The notes under the pieces are model-generated. The model saw only the letters and a program-made list of their open reading frames with translations, was not told the DNA's origin and did no database searches. A program made the position numbers and the translations under genes. Positions 1-9,118 of a stretch of DNA of 64,000 nucleotides are shown here, one piece after another. Source of the DNA: Arcobacteraceae bacterium (GTDB lineage Bacteria > Campylobacterota > Campylobacteria > Campylobacterales > Arcobacteraceae); NCBI GenBank assembly GCA_048268245.1, contig JBLWVX010000002.1, forward strand, positions 32,001 to 96,000, written 5' to 3'. The stretch's first letter is position 1. Each line of letters opens with the position of its first letter.

Positions 1-151
1 AATGACTTATTTTGGTGTAAATTATTATTTAGCGGGAAAACATTCGTATGCAGCAGGAGATCCAATACCAATACCCATATTTATTCCTATAATACTAGTG
101 GTAATAAGTATAGTAATTATGTTTGGATACAAAAATAGAAAGATTTTATAG
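1..151 (+). CDS. ccsA: C-terminal fragment of a system II cytochrome c biogenesis protein (CcsA/CcsBA-like), partial
   Basis: Frame 2 reads MTYFGVNYYLAGKHSYAAGDPIPIP...KIL* (TAG 149-151), matching the conserved FGVNY.L.G.HSY tail of CcsA/CcsBA. Confidence 0.85.
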   Translation, partial: MTYFGVNYYLAGKHSYAAGDPIPIPIFIPIILVVISIVIMFGYKNRKIL

Positions 152-187
152 ATAATAACTAAATTATATATCCATTTAATACATAAA

Positions 188-209
188 AATTACAAATTAA
201 TTACAAATT
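188..209 (+). repeat. Perfect tandem 11-mer AATTACAAATT x2, possible regulator site
   Basis: Seen directly; 11-bp periodicity is typical of OmpR/PhoB-family binding sites. Confidence 0.5.
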
Positions 210-229
210 CTAAAAAATTTTTAATAAAC

Positions 230-249
230 ATAGCATTAGAGTAGCATTT
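230..249 (+). promoter_or_regulatory. Direct-repeat box TAGCATT-N4-TAGCATT
   Basis: ATAGCATTAGAGTAGCATTT; near-identical copy at 26690-26709 (minus strand). Confidence 0.6.
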
Positions 250-261
250 TTATTTTTTTTA

Positions 262-270
262 TGATATAAT
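262..270 (+). promoter_or_regulatory. Extended -10 promoter TGATATAAT
   Basis: Matches the TGnTATAAT sigma70 element of Campylobacterota. Confidence 0.6.
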
Positions 271-277
271 CCTATTC

Positions 278-366
278 ATAAAACAAGAAGTTTTATCTTA
301 ATTATCTCTCCTTAGTTAAAAATTACGTAGCTGTAACAATTTTTTTCGAAGATGAAGCTTCTTTTT
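278..366 (+). ncRNA. Putative small regulatory RNA with anti-Shine-Dalgarno seed
   Basis: Starts 7-8 nt after the -10; 5' hairpin ATAAAAC/GTTTTAT (278-296), unpaired TATCTCTCCTTA (303-314), second imperfect hairpin, then a short GAAG/CTTC stem and U-tract; no ORF. Confidence 0.5.
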
Positions 367-522
367 TATAGACACAATCGAAACAATCAGTTTAATTAAA
401 TTTCCCAAGTTTTATCTTTTTATATATTAAAACCTCTTTTGATAAAACTTGGAATTTTATCCTCAAATAAAAATATCACTTAATAATTATATAATCTTTT
501 TATAATAATAAAAAGAGATTAA

Positions 523-2505
523 ATGATTAAGAATTCACAGTTTAATGAACTAGTAGAAAAAGCTCATTATATCAAAGTTTTATATGCTGAAGATGAACAT
601 CTTACAAGAGATACAATAGAAAACTTACTTAATATTATTTTCCAAGAAGTAATAGTTGCAAAAGACGGAGAAGATGCTTTAAAACTTTTTGAGAAGCATC
701 AAGATATTGACTTACTTATTACAGACATAAATATGCCTAAAATTAATGGTATTCAACTAGTAAAAAAAATAAATCCTGATCTTGCTACTATAATTGTTTC
801 AGCACATTCTGAAAGTAAATTTATGCTTGAAGCAATAAAACTTAATGTTGATAATTTTATATTAAAACCTTTTAAAGCACAACAACTTTTTGAAGTGGTA
901 AAAAAAGCTATTGATAAAACATCTCTAAAAAGACAAAATGAAAGAAATCTACTTATACTTAAACAATATCAAGAAATAACAAATAAAAGCTCTATTATTT
1001 CGAAAACTGATGCATCAGGAGTTATAACATTTGTAAATGAAAACTTTTGTGAAATTTCTGGTTACTCAAAAGAAGAACTTATAGGTAAAAGTCATAATGT
1101 TGTAAGACATCCGGATAATTCAAAAGAACTTTTTAAAGAACTTTGGCACACAATCAAAATAAAAAAAGAGCCATGGAGTGGGATTATAAAAAATCTTGCA
1201 AAAGATGGAAAGAGTTATTTTGTAAAATCAACTATAAAGCCACTTTTAGATCAAAACAATGAAGTTATAGAATACATGGCATTAAGAAATGATGTAACAG
1301 AAATCATGAGTGAGAAAAAACAACTAATTGCTTCTTTAGAATCTTATGAAAACTCTTTTTTAGCACTATTACAAATTGAGAATTTTGATATTTTAGATAA
1401 GTTTTATGATACTGCAACTGTTTATAAAATAGAAGAAGTATTTGAGGATTTAATAATAAGCCTTTTCCCAAAAAATAGTGAGCTATACGAAAAAATCTTT
1501 AAACTAGGTGATGGGCTTTTTGCTATTAGTAATAGTATGAAAAATATTGAAAAACAAAATATAAATATAGAACTTGAACTATTAACACTTATAAAAAACA
1601 CTAAAAATTCAACTATTAAATTTGATAATATTGAATATGATGTATCAATTGCAGTGAGTTATTGTTATGGAAATAAAAATGTATATGAAAATGCAAAATA
1701 TGGAATAGAAAAGGCTTCAGAAGATAATAAAAGCTTAATATTTGCAAATAATTTAGTTGAAGAAGCTCATGAAAGAGCACAAAAAAATATAGAAACAATC
1801 CATATGGTAAAAAAAGCCCTGGATAACTATAATATAGTATCTTACTTTCAACCAATTATTGAAAATAAAACAAAAAAGATTGCTAAATATGAGTCTTTAG
1901 TAAGACTTATTGATGAGAATGGCAAAACAATATCTCCTTACTTTTTCTTAGATGTTTCAAAAAAAGGAACATACTATACAAAAATTACAAATCGAGTAAT
2001 TGAGAGTTCTTTTAAAGTTTTAGACCATATAGAAAATAGTGTAAGTATCAATCTATCTGTTTTAGATATGGAGAATGAGGATATTAAAAATAAACTAATC
2101 GAGCTTACTTCAAGATCTCAATATAAAGGTAGAGTGATTTTTGAGATTCTAGAAAATGAAAATATAAAAGATTTTGATAGAGTGAAAAAATTTATTGCAA
2201 AAGTAAAAAAACTAGGTGATGTAAAAATTGCCATTGATGACTTTGGAAGTGGTTACTCAAACTTTGAGCGACTTTTAGAGTATACACCTGATATTTTAAA
2301 AATTGATGGAAGCCTAATAAAAAATATCGAAACTGATTCATATTGTAGAAATGTAGTAGAAACTATCGTAACTTTTGCAAAAAAACAAAATATTGAAACT
2401 ATTGCAGAGTTTGTGGAAAATGAAAATATTTATAATATATTAAATGAAATGGGGATTACATACTCTCAAGGTTACTACTTTGGTAAACCTGAGAAATTGA
2501 TATAA
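523..2505 (+). CDS. REC-PAS-degenerate GGDEF-EAL c-di-GMP phosphodiesterase response regulator
   Basis: REC (AEDE, LITDINMP, LKP), PAS (IISKTDASG..FVNENFCEISGY), EAL (FQPI, ESLVRL, DDFGSGYSN, QGYYFGKP). Confidence 0.9.
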   Translation: MIKNSQFNELVEKAHYIKVLYAEDEHLTRDTIENLLNIIFQEVIVAKDGEDALKLFEKHQDIDLLITDINMPKINGIQLVKKINPDLATIIVSAHSESKFMLEAIKLNVDNFILKPFKAQQLFEVVKKAIDKTSLKRQNERNLLILKQYQEITNKSSIISKTDASGVITFVNENFCEISGYSKEELIGKSHNVVRHPDNSKELFKELWHTIKIKKEPWSGIIKNLAKDGKSYFVKSTIKPLLDQNNEVIEYMALRNDVTEIMSEKKQLIASLESYENSFLALLQIENFDILDKFYDTATVYKIEEVFEDLIISLFPKNSELYEKIFKLGDGLFAISNSMKNIEKQNINIELELLTLIKNTKNSTIKFDNIEYDVSIAVSYCYGNKNVYENAKYGIEKASEDNKSLIFANNLVEEAHERAQKNIETIHMVKKALDNYNIVSYFQPIIENKTKKIAKYESLVRLIDENGKTISPYFFLDVSKKGTYYTKITNRVIESSFKVLDHIENSVSINLSVLDMENEDIKNKLIELTSRSQYKGRVIFEILENENIKDFDRVKKFIAKVKKLGDVKIAIDDFGSGYSNFERLLEYTPDILKIDGSLIKNIETDSYCRNVVETIVTFAKKQNIETIAEFVENENIYNILNEMGITYSQGYYFGKPEKLI

Positions 2506-2527
2506 GAAGTAGACTTTCGTCTAATTC

Positions 2528-3766
2528 TTATAAATACTTTTTAAGAACCTCAGGAATAGCTACTGTTCCATCTTCTCTTTGATAGTTTTCCATAATAGCT
2601 AATAGTGTTCTTCCTACTGCTAATGATGAACCATTTAATGTATGAGCTAATACATTTTTCTTTCCATCTTTATATCTGATTTTTGCTCTTCTTGCTTGGA
2701 ATTCTCTTGTATTAGAAATTGAAGAAATTTCTCTATATTTGTTTTGACCTGGTAACCAAACTTCTAAATCGATTGTTGTTGCTGCACTAAATCCTAGGTC
2801 ACCAGTACAAAGCTGTACTTTTTGGTGTGCAAGACCAAGAGATGTTAATAAATCTGATGCACAATCTACCATTTTTTCGAATACTTCTTGAGATTCTTCT
2901 TGTTTTGTGATAGCAACCATTTCAACCTTATCAAACTGGTGTTGTCTAATAAGTCCTCTTGTATCTCTACCTGCACTTCCTGCTTCTTTTCTAAAACAAG
3001 GAGTATATGATGTAAGCATAAGTGGTAACTCTTCAGCTGGAACTATTTCATCATTATAAAGGTTTGTAAGAGATACTTCTGCTGTAGGAATTAAGTATAA
3101 ATCTTCACCTTCAATTTTAAATAAATCATCTTCAAACTTTGGTAACTGACCAGTTCCTTGAAGTGTATTTGTATTTGCCATAAATGGAACATACCACTCT
3201 TCAAAACCTCTTTGTCTATTAAAATCCAGCATATAGTTAATTAAAGCTCTCTCTAATCTTGCGCCCTCACCTCTAATAGCTGAAAATCTTGATTTTGCAA
3301 GTTTTACACCTCTTTCAAAATCTAACCAACCGTTATCTAAGTCCCAGTGCTCTTTTGGCTCAAAATCAAAAGATGGCTTTTCACCAATTGTTTCTAAAAC
3401 AACATTATCATCTTCACTTTCACCATTTGGAACATTTTCATCTGGAAGATTTGGAACACCTAAAGCAATTGAAGTTAACTTTTCTTCTAAATCTCTAACT
3501 TCATCTTCCATTGTTTGTTTTTTTGCTTTTAGCTCATTGATACTTGCTTGAAGTGGTGCAATATCAAGACCTTCTTTTTTATATCTTCCAAACTCACGTG
3601 AGAGTTTATTTTGTTCAGCTGTTACATTTTCCATATCTTGTCTCTTAAGCTTTGCTTCTTCTGAAATAGCTTTTAAATTATCAAGAATGTCTGCATCAAC
3701 ACCTTTTCTTGTAAGTGCGGCAGCTACGTTTTCAAAATCTCTTTGTAGTAATCTTACATCAATCAT
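2528..3766 (-). CDS. serS: Serine--tRNA ligase
   Basis: [42 protein letters not shown]. Confidence 0.98.
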   Translation of the reverse strand: MIDVRLLQRDFENVAAALTRKGVDADILDNLKAISEEAKLKRQDMENVTAEQNKLSREFGRYKKEGLDIAPLQASINELKAKKQTMEDEVRDLEEKLTSIALGVPNLPDENVPNGESEDDNVVLETIGEKPSFDFEPKEHWDLDNGWLDFERGVKLAKSRFSAIRGEGARLERALINYMLDFNRQRGFEEWYVPFMANTNTLQGTGQLPKFEDDLFKIEGEDLYLIPTAEVSLTNLYNDEIVPAEELPLMLTSYTPCFRKEAGSAGRDTRGLIRQHQFDKVEMVAITKQEESQEVFEKMVDCASDLLTSLGLAHQKVQLCTGDLGFSAATTIDLEVWLPGQNKYREISSISNTREFQARRAKIRYKDGKKNVLAHTLNGSSLAVGRTLLAIMENYQREDGTVAIPEVLKKYL

Positions 3767-3886
3767 TTTAATCTTTCATTGTAAATTTTTGGCAATTATA
3801 TCTAATTTTTTCTATATGAAGGCTTTTAAAAAAGAAACTATTTCTTGTCATGAAGAATTAGCACTAAGAAACTTTTTATATCAATT

Positions 3887-3930
3887 TGATTATGATTCTC
3901 AAAATGTATTATAAATGATATTGAAAATCA
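3887..3930 (+). promoter_or_regulatory. Two Fur-box-like 7-1-7 sites upstream of the TonB cluster
   Basis: TGATTATGATTCTCA (3887-3901) and TGATATTGAAAATCA (3916-3930) versus consensus TGATAATnATTATCA. Confidence 0.65.
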
Positions 3931-3999
3931 ATTCTGTGATTTTATTGTGATTTTTAAATGGCATAATCACAAATATTGATTGTACACAAAAGGGTTATA

Positions 4000-4746
4000 A
4001 TGAAAAGAATATACAAAGCTATTCTATTTTTATCAAGTTTAAGTATGCTACTACATGCAAATACTATTGATAAATCTATTAGTATATTAGAAAATACAAA
4101 TAGCAAACTAAAGTCTTATCAAAAAAGTATTGATAAAAATGAGAGTATAAAAGAAGAGTTATTAAATGAGTACAAATACACAACAAGTGCCATAAAAAGT
4201 ACAACTATTTATAATAATCAACTATCTAAGATTATAAACTCACAAGAAGAAGAAATAAAGAGTTTAAATCAACAAATTATTGATATTGAACAAACACAAA
4301 AAAATATTTTCCCATTAATGATTGATATGATTAAATCACTTAAAATTTTAGTACAAGAAGACACACCTTTCTTGCTAGAAGAGCGAACAAACAGAGTTAA
4401 AAGACTTGAAAGTATTTTAGATAAAGCAGATATTAAAACACATGAAAAATATAGACTTATACTAGAAGCTTTTAAAGTAGAGTATGACTATGCAAAAACA
4501 ATTGAAAGTTATCAAGAAAAACTAAATGACAAAACATATAACTTTTTAAGACTTGGTAGAGTTGCTTTATACTATCAAAGTTTAGATTTAAAAGAGTATG
4601 GATATTACAATAAACAAACAAAATCATGGGAAAAAATAGAAAACTCAAAATCTAAATCAAATATCAGAAAAGCAATAAAAATAGCTAAGAAACAACAAAA
4701 TGTTGACTTCTTAAACTTACCATTTTTAGCTTTAAAGGATAAATAA
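4000..4746 (+). CDS. DUF3450 family periplasmic protein (TtpB-like)
   Basis: Signal peptide, coiled coil, DTPFLLEER and FLRLGRVALYYQSLD motifs; ATG at 4000 preferred over TTG at 3976. Confidence 0.85.
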   Translation: MKRIYKAILFLSSLSMLLHANTIDKSISILENTNSKLKSYQKSIDKNESIKEELLNEYKYTTSAIKSTTIYNNQLSKIINSQEEEIKSLNQQIIDIEQTQKNIFPLMIDMIKSLKILVQEDTPFLLEERTNRVKRLESILDKADIKTHEKYRLILEAFKVEYDYAKTIESYQEKLNDKTYNFLRLGRVALYYQSLDLKEYGYYNKQTKSWEKIENSKSKSNIRKAIKIAKKQQNVDFLNLPFLALKDK

Positions 4747-6059
4747 TGATGAAATATATATTAACTTTAGCTTTATTTTTTAACTTTGCTTTTTCTCTTG
4801 ATTTAGATAATATCTTACAAAATATCAAAAATGATTCATCACAAGAAATTAAGGAAGAACAAAAAAGATTACAAGAGTTTATAAAAGATAAAAACAGACA
4901 AGCTGTTTTAGTAAAAGAAAAAAAAGCTTTATTAAATACAATTGAGAAAAAGAGCCAAGAACTAAAAACAAAAATTGACGAGAATGAACTTCTTTTAGAA
5001 GAAAAAGAGACTGAACTTAAAAATAAATCTGCAAACTTAGGTGAGATGTTTGGTAGTGTAAGACAAATATCTGCTGACTTTTTAACAAACTATCAAAACT
5101 CACTTACAGCTTCACAAAATCCTTTAAGACAAGAAAAGTTTTCAAAACTTGCAAACTCTAAAAAGCTTCCTAATTTAGATGAACTTAAAGGCTTTTGGCA
5201 CAATATGTTAGATGAGATTGTTCAATCAGGAAACATCTCAAAGTATGAAGCCTCTGTTATTTTAAATAGTGGAGAAAAAACTACAAAAGAGGTTACAAGA
5301 ATTGGTCTTTTTGCAGCAGTTTCACAAGGAAAATACTTAACATATTCAAATGATATGAAAGCTTTGATTGAATTAGCAGTTCAACCAAGTAAGCAAGTTT
5401 CAAAAGAAGCAAAAGAGTTTGAAAACAGTCATACAATCTCAAATATTACAATTGATCCTACAAGAGGAACACTTTTTGAGATGCTTGAAAACAATCCTAC
5501 TATCATCGATAGAGTAAATCAAGGAGGTATTGTAGGATATATAATTCTTGCTCTTGGAGGTCTTGGTTTACTTTTTGCTTTATATAAAATCATTGTTTTA
5601 AATATCGTTTCAATCAAAATCAAATCACAAATAAAAAACTTAGACAAGCCTAAAGATAATAACTCTTTAGGAAAAATTGCAGATATTTTCTATAAAAATC
5701 TAAATGACTCTATAAATGATTTAGAGATTAAAATCGGTGAAGCGATTTTAAAAGAAACAAATAAAATCAAAAAAGGTCAAAGCTTTGTAAAACTTCTAGC
5801 AGCTGTTACTCCTCTTTTAGGACTATTAGGAACAGTTACAGGAATGATTGCAACTTTCCAAGCTATTACTTTATTTGGAACAGGTGACCCAAAACTAATG
5901 GCAGGAGGTATTTCAACTGCACTTATTACGACTGTTTTAGGTTTAATCACAGCAATACCACTTCTTTTTGCATATACATATATATCTTCAAAAGCTGAAG
6001 AGTTAGTATCTATACTAGAAGAGCAAAGTATTGGACTACTTGCAAAAATGTTGAAGTAA
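4746..6059 (+). CDS. Long MotA/TolQ/ExbB family protein (TtpC-like)
   Basis: Periplasmic N-terminal region plus PLLGLLGTVTGMI...MAGGISTALITT. Confidence 0.9.
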   Translation: MMKYILTLALFFNFAFSLDLDNILQNIKNDSSQEIKEEQKRLQEFIKDKNRQAVLVKEKKALLNTIEKKSQELKTKIDENELLLEEKETELKNKSANLGEMFGSVRQISADFLTNYQNSLTASQNPLRQEKFSKLANSKKLPNLDELKGFWHNMLDEIVQSGNISKYEASVILNSGEKTTKEVTRIGLFAAVSQGKYLTYSNDMKALIELAVQPSKQVSKEAKEFENSHTISNITIDPTRGTLFEMLENNPTIIDRVNQGGIVGYIILALGGLGLLFALYKIIVLNIVSIKIKSQIKNLDKPKDNNSLGKIADIFYKNLNDSINDLEIKIGEAILKETNKIKKGQSFVKLLAAVTPLLGLLGTVTGMIATFQAITLFGTGDPKLMAGGISTALITTVLGLITAIPLLFAYTYISSKAEELVSILEEQSIGLLAKMLK

Positions 6060-6060
6060 T

Positions 6061-6579
6061 ATGATTGAAATATATTTAGATGATTTACTAGTTTTCTTTA
6101 ATAAAGGAGGCTTTGTATTATATATTGTATTTACCATTGCTTTGTTTTTATGGACACTTTTAATTGAAAGATATATCTATATAACTTTTGAATACAAAAA
6201 ATATAGAAAAAAAGTATTTGAAGAATTAAAAAATCTAAATGAAAAAAATAGATTTAAAGATGAGATTAAAAGATATATTGTTGAAGAAGCTAACTTTAAA
6301 CTAAAAAATGGTCTTGATTTTATAAAAACATTGATTATTGTATGTCCTTTAGTTGGTTTATTAGGAACTGTAACGGGAATGATCGAAGTATTTGATGTAA
6401 TGGCAATATTGGGTACTAGTAATGTTAAATCAATGGCAAATGGTGTTTCAATGGCAACTATCCCAACAATGGCTGGAATGGTTGTAGCCTTAAGTGGAAT
6501 ACTTTTTGAAAAAAGATTAGAACTATCTATAAAGTGTCAAACACAAAAATTAGAACTTGAACTTTCAAAGGTTATATAA
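6061..6579 (+). CDS. exbB: MotA/TolQ/ExbB proton channel protein
   Basis: CPLVGLLGTVTGMIEVF, MANGVSMATIPT. Confidence 0.88.
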   Translation: MIEIYLDDLLVFFNKGGFVLYIVFTIALFLWTLLIERYIYITFEYKKYRKKVFEELKNLNEKNRFKDEIKRYIVEEANFKLKNGLDFIKTLIIVCPLVGLLGTVTGMIEVFDVMAILGTSNVKSMANGVSMATIPTMAGMVVALSGILFEKRLELSIKCQTQKLELELSKVI

Positions 6580-6987
6580 ATGAGAAGATTTTCACAGAAA
6601 CATCATAAAGAAGAAACGGAAATCAACCTAACACCTATGCTAGATGTTGTTTTTATTATGCTTATATTTTTTATTGTTACAACATCCTTTGTAAAAGAAG
6701 CAGGTATTGAAGTAAATAGACCAAGTGCAGCATCAACAAAACAAAAAGGAGCTGCAAATATTCTAATAGCAATTAAAAATAACAATGAAATCTGGATTGA
6801 TAAAAGAATGGTTGACATTAGATCAGTTAGAGCAAATATAGAAAGACTAAAAGCTTTAAATACTCAAAACTCTATTGTTATTCAATCAGATAGTGAGTCA
6901 AAAACAGGAATTTTAGTTCAAGTTATGGATCAAATTAGACTTGCTGGTATTTTTAATATCTCAATATCAACACTAAAAGAGAACTAA
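6580..6987 (+). CDS. exbD: ExbD/TolR biopolymer transport protein
   Basis: EINLTPMLDVVFIMLIFFIVT. Confidence 0.92.
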   Translation: MRRFSQKHHKEETEINLTPMLDVVFIMLIFFIVTTSFVKEAGIEVNRPSAASTKQKGAANILIAIKNNNEIWIDKRMVDIRSVRANIERLKALNTQNSIVIQSDSESKTGILVQVMDQIRLAGIFNISISTLKEN

Positions 6988-6988
6988 A

Positions 6989-7603
6989 ATGAGACTATTT
7001 ATAGCTCTTATTTTATCAGTTGTTATAAGTTTAGGTATATTTTTTGGTATGCACTTGATGACTGATAGTAAAAACTCTCATATTCAAGAGAAATCGGAAG
7101 CTAGGCATATAGTTTATTTAAGAGAAAAAAATGAAACAAAAGTTGAAAGAAAAAAAAGAGTAAAGCCTGAAAAACCGCCAAAGAAAAAACCACCAAAAAA
7201 AATAAAAGTTGAAACGAGAATAAACACACAGATTGATAAAAACGTAAAGATTAAACCCTTTAAAGTTCAATCAAAACAAGTAGATGTTTCTACAATTTCT
7301 TCTTTAAGTGGTGCAAAAATTGAAATGGGTGTAGGATTAGTAGATGCAAATAGCCTAACAGCTATTTCAAAAGTAAATCCAAGGTTTCCTAGACGTGCAA
7401 AAATAAGAAAACAAAGTGGATATGTAAAACTAGGTTTCTTAATAGACAAAGAAGGTAATGTAAGTGATGTAAAAGTACTTGAATCAAATCCTGCAGGTGT
7501 ATTTGAAAAAAACTCAATTCATGCCATAAAAAGATGGAAGTTTAAAAGAAATGAGTTTGATAGGAATGCAACAATAACATTTAACTTTAGGTTACAAAGA
7601 TGA
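6989..7603 (+). CDS. tonB: Energy transducer TonB
   Basis: N-terminal TM, Pro/Lys linker (KPEKPPKKKPPK), TonB_C domain (PRFPRRA...G.V...WKF). Confidence 0.88.
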   Translation: MRLFIALILSVVISLGIFFGMHLMTDSKNSHIQEKSEARHIVYLREKNETKVERKKRVKPEKPPKKKPPKKIKVETRINTQIDKNVKIKPFKVQSKQVDVSTISSLSGAKIEMGVGLVDANSLTAISKVNPRFPRRAKIRKQSGYVKLGFLIDKEGNVSDVKVLESNPAGVFEKNSIHAIKRWKFKRNEFDRNATITFNFRLQR

Positions 7604-8778
7604 AAAAGATAATTTTAATATTTTTAATGACAGTATCAATTTTAAGTGCAAAAGATACTATAAAAGCAAATGATTTTAAAAGTTTACAAAATATAAATAA
7701 ACTAATAGAACAAAACAAATTAAAAGAAGCAAAAAATAAAATTGAAGTATTATTAAATAAAGATATAAATAATCTTACTAAATCATACTCCCTTCAATCT
7801 TTAGCAAATATAAATCTAAAAAGAAAAAACTATAAAGCAGCAGCTAAAACTTATGAGAGAATTATTTCTTATGATAGCTTAGAAAAAAATGATATTTTAA
7901 AAATAAAATATTCACTATCAAAAATATATTTTAGTTTAGAAAACTACTCATCAAGTATCAAATATTCAAAACAGTTAGTAGGCTCTAAAATAGTTAAAAA
8001 CAAAGATATTTATGAAAACCTAGCCTTAGCTTACTACTATACTAAACAATATACAAAAAGTATTTTTTATACTAAAAAAATTCTTAGCTTAACAAAAGGG
8101 AATAAAAATAAAGAGTCTTGGTATAGAATGCTTTATTCAGCCTATGTAGAAAGTAAAAAATATAAAGCTGCAATTAATACTCTAAAAGATATGACTAAAA
8201 TTTATAAGAAAAATGAAACTTATTGGATGCAATTAATTTCCCTTTATGAAAGAACTAAACAAAAAAGAAAATCTTTAGCAACTTTAGAGTTTACATATAA
8301 AAATAGTATTGTAAATAAGGAAAAAAATCTTTTATATTTAGTTAGTATCTTAAGTGATTATGGTATTTATAATAAAGCTGCTAAGTATATGCATGAAGCT
8401 TTAAATAAAAGAATTGTTAATACAAATCAAAAAAACTTCAATATCTTAATCTCTTTATATTTAAATGCAAAAAACTATGAAAAATCTATTGATTTACTTG
8501 AAAACTCACCTTATGCAAAAAATGACAAATATCAACTAATCCTTGGAAATATTTATTACAATCAAAATATTTTTAAAAAAGCTGTAAATGTTTTGGAAAA
8601 ACATACTTTTAAAGAAAAATCTAAAGCAGATGGGAAAAGATATACTCTTTTAGCATTAAGTTATTATGAATTAGATAATAAATCAAGAATTACAAAATAC
8701 CTTAAAAAAGCCTCAAAAAATAGATATGAAAAAAGAAGAGCTAAAAACTTAGCTAAGGATTTAGGTTTTAAAATCTAA
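7600..8778 (+). CDS. TPR repeat protein (TtpD-like)
   Basis: Signal peptide and repeated Tyr/Ala TPR-like helices; last gene of the TonB cluster. Confidence 0.8.
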   Translation: MKKIILIFLMTVSILSAKDTIKANDFKSLQNINKLIEQNKLKEAKNKIEVLLNKDINNLTKSYSLQSLANINLKRKNYKAAAKTYERIISYDSLEKNDILKIKYSLSKIYFSLENYSSSIKYSKQLVGSKIVKNKDIYENLALAYYYTKQYTKSIFYTKKILSLTKGNKNKESWYRMLYSAYVESKKYKAAINTLKDMTKIYKKNETYWMQLISLYERTKQKRKSLATLEFTYKNSIVNKEKNLLYLVSILSDYGIYNKAAKYMHEALNKRIVNTNQKNFNILISLYLNAKNYEKSIDLLENSPYAKNDKYQLILGNIYYNQNIFKKAVNVLEKHTFKEKSKADGKRYTLLALSYYELDNKSRITKYLKKASKNRYEKRRAKNLAKDLGFKI

Positions 8779-8784
8779 ATCCTT
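8755..8784. terminator. Hairpin at convergent gene ends
   Basis: AAGGATTTAG/CTAAATCCTT inverted repeat. Confidence 0.5.
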
Positions 8785-8805
8785 TATAAAATAATCTATT
8801 TAAAT

Positions 8806-9018
8806 CTATCCATTCATTTGCATTTTGATGATTACTTCACCGCTTGGCTCATCATAAACTGCTGTAAATTTATGCTTGTGACAAAAATCCTCATTCATTT
8901 CTATACACATCATATTTGCTTTTTGTAAAGCTTCATCAATTGTTTCAAAAGTCATTTCTTGTTTATAATCTGAATTTTTAAAGCATCCACATGCTCTTTC
9001 AACTCTTACTGTTGCCAT
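8806..9018 (-). CDS. Small Cys/His-containing hypothetical protein (70 aa)
   Basis: RBS AGGAG; ACGCF and FCHKHKF motifs. Confidence 0.75.
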   Translation of the reverse strand: MATVRVERACGCFKNSDYKQEMTFETIDEALQKANMMCIEMNEDFCHKHKFTAVYDEPSGEVIIKMQMNG

Positions 9019-9118
9019 TTTTTCTCCTAATAAATTTTTTCGAATTCTAACATAATCATCATATAAACTTCTTTTAGTAAAATATAATAAAAGTTTTTAT
9101 TCAAATAAAGAGTCATAT

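Noticed and set aside
303..314. Minus-strand SD (TAAGGAGAG) as the start of a small gene
   Set aside because: The next ATG is about 25 nt away and opens only six codons; a + strand sRNA seed fits better
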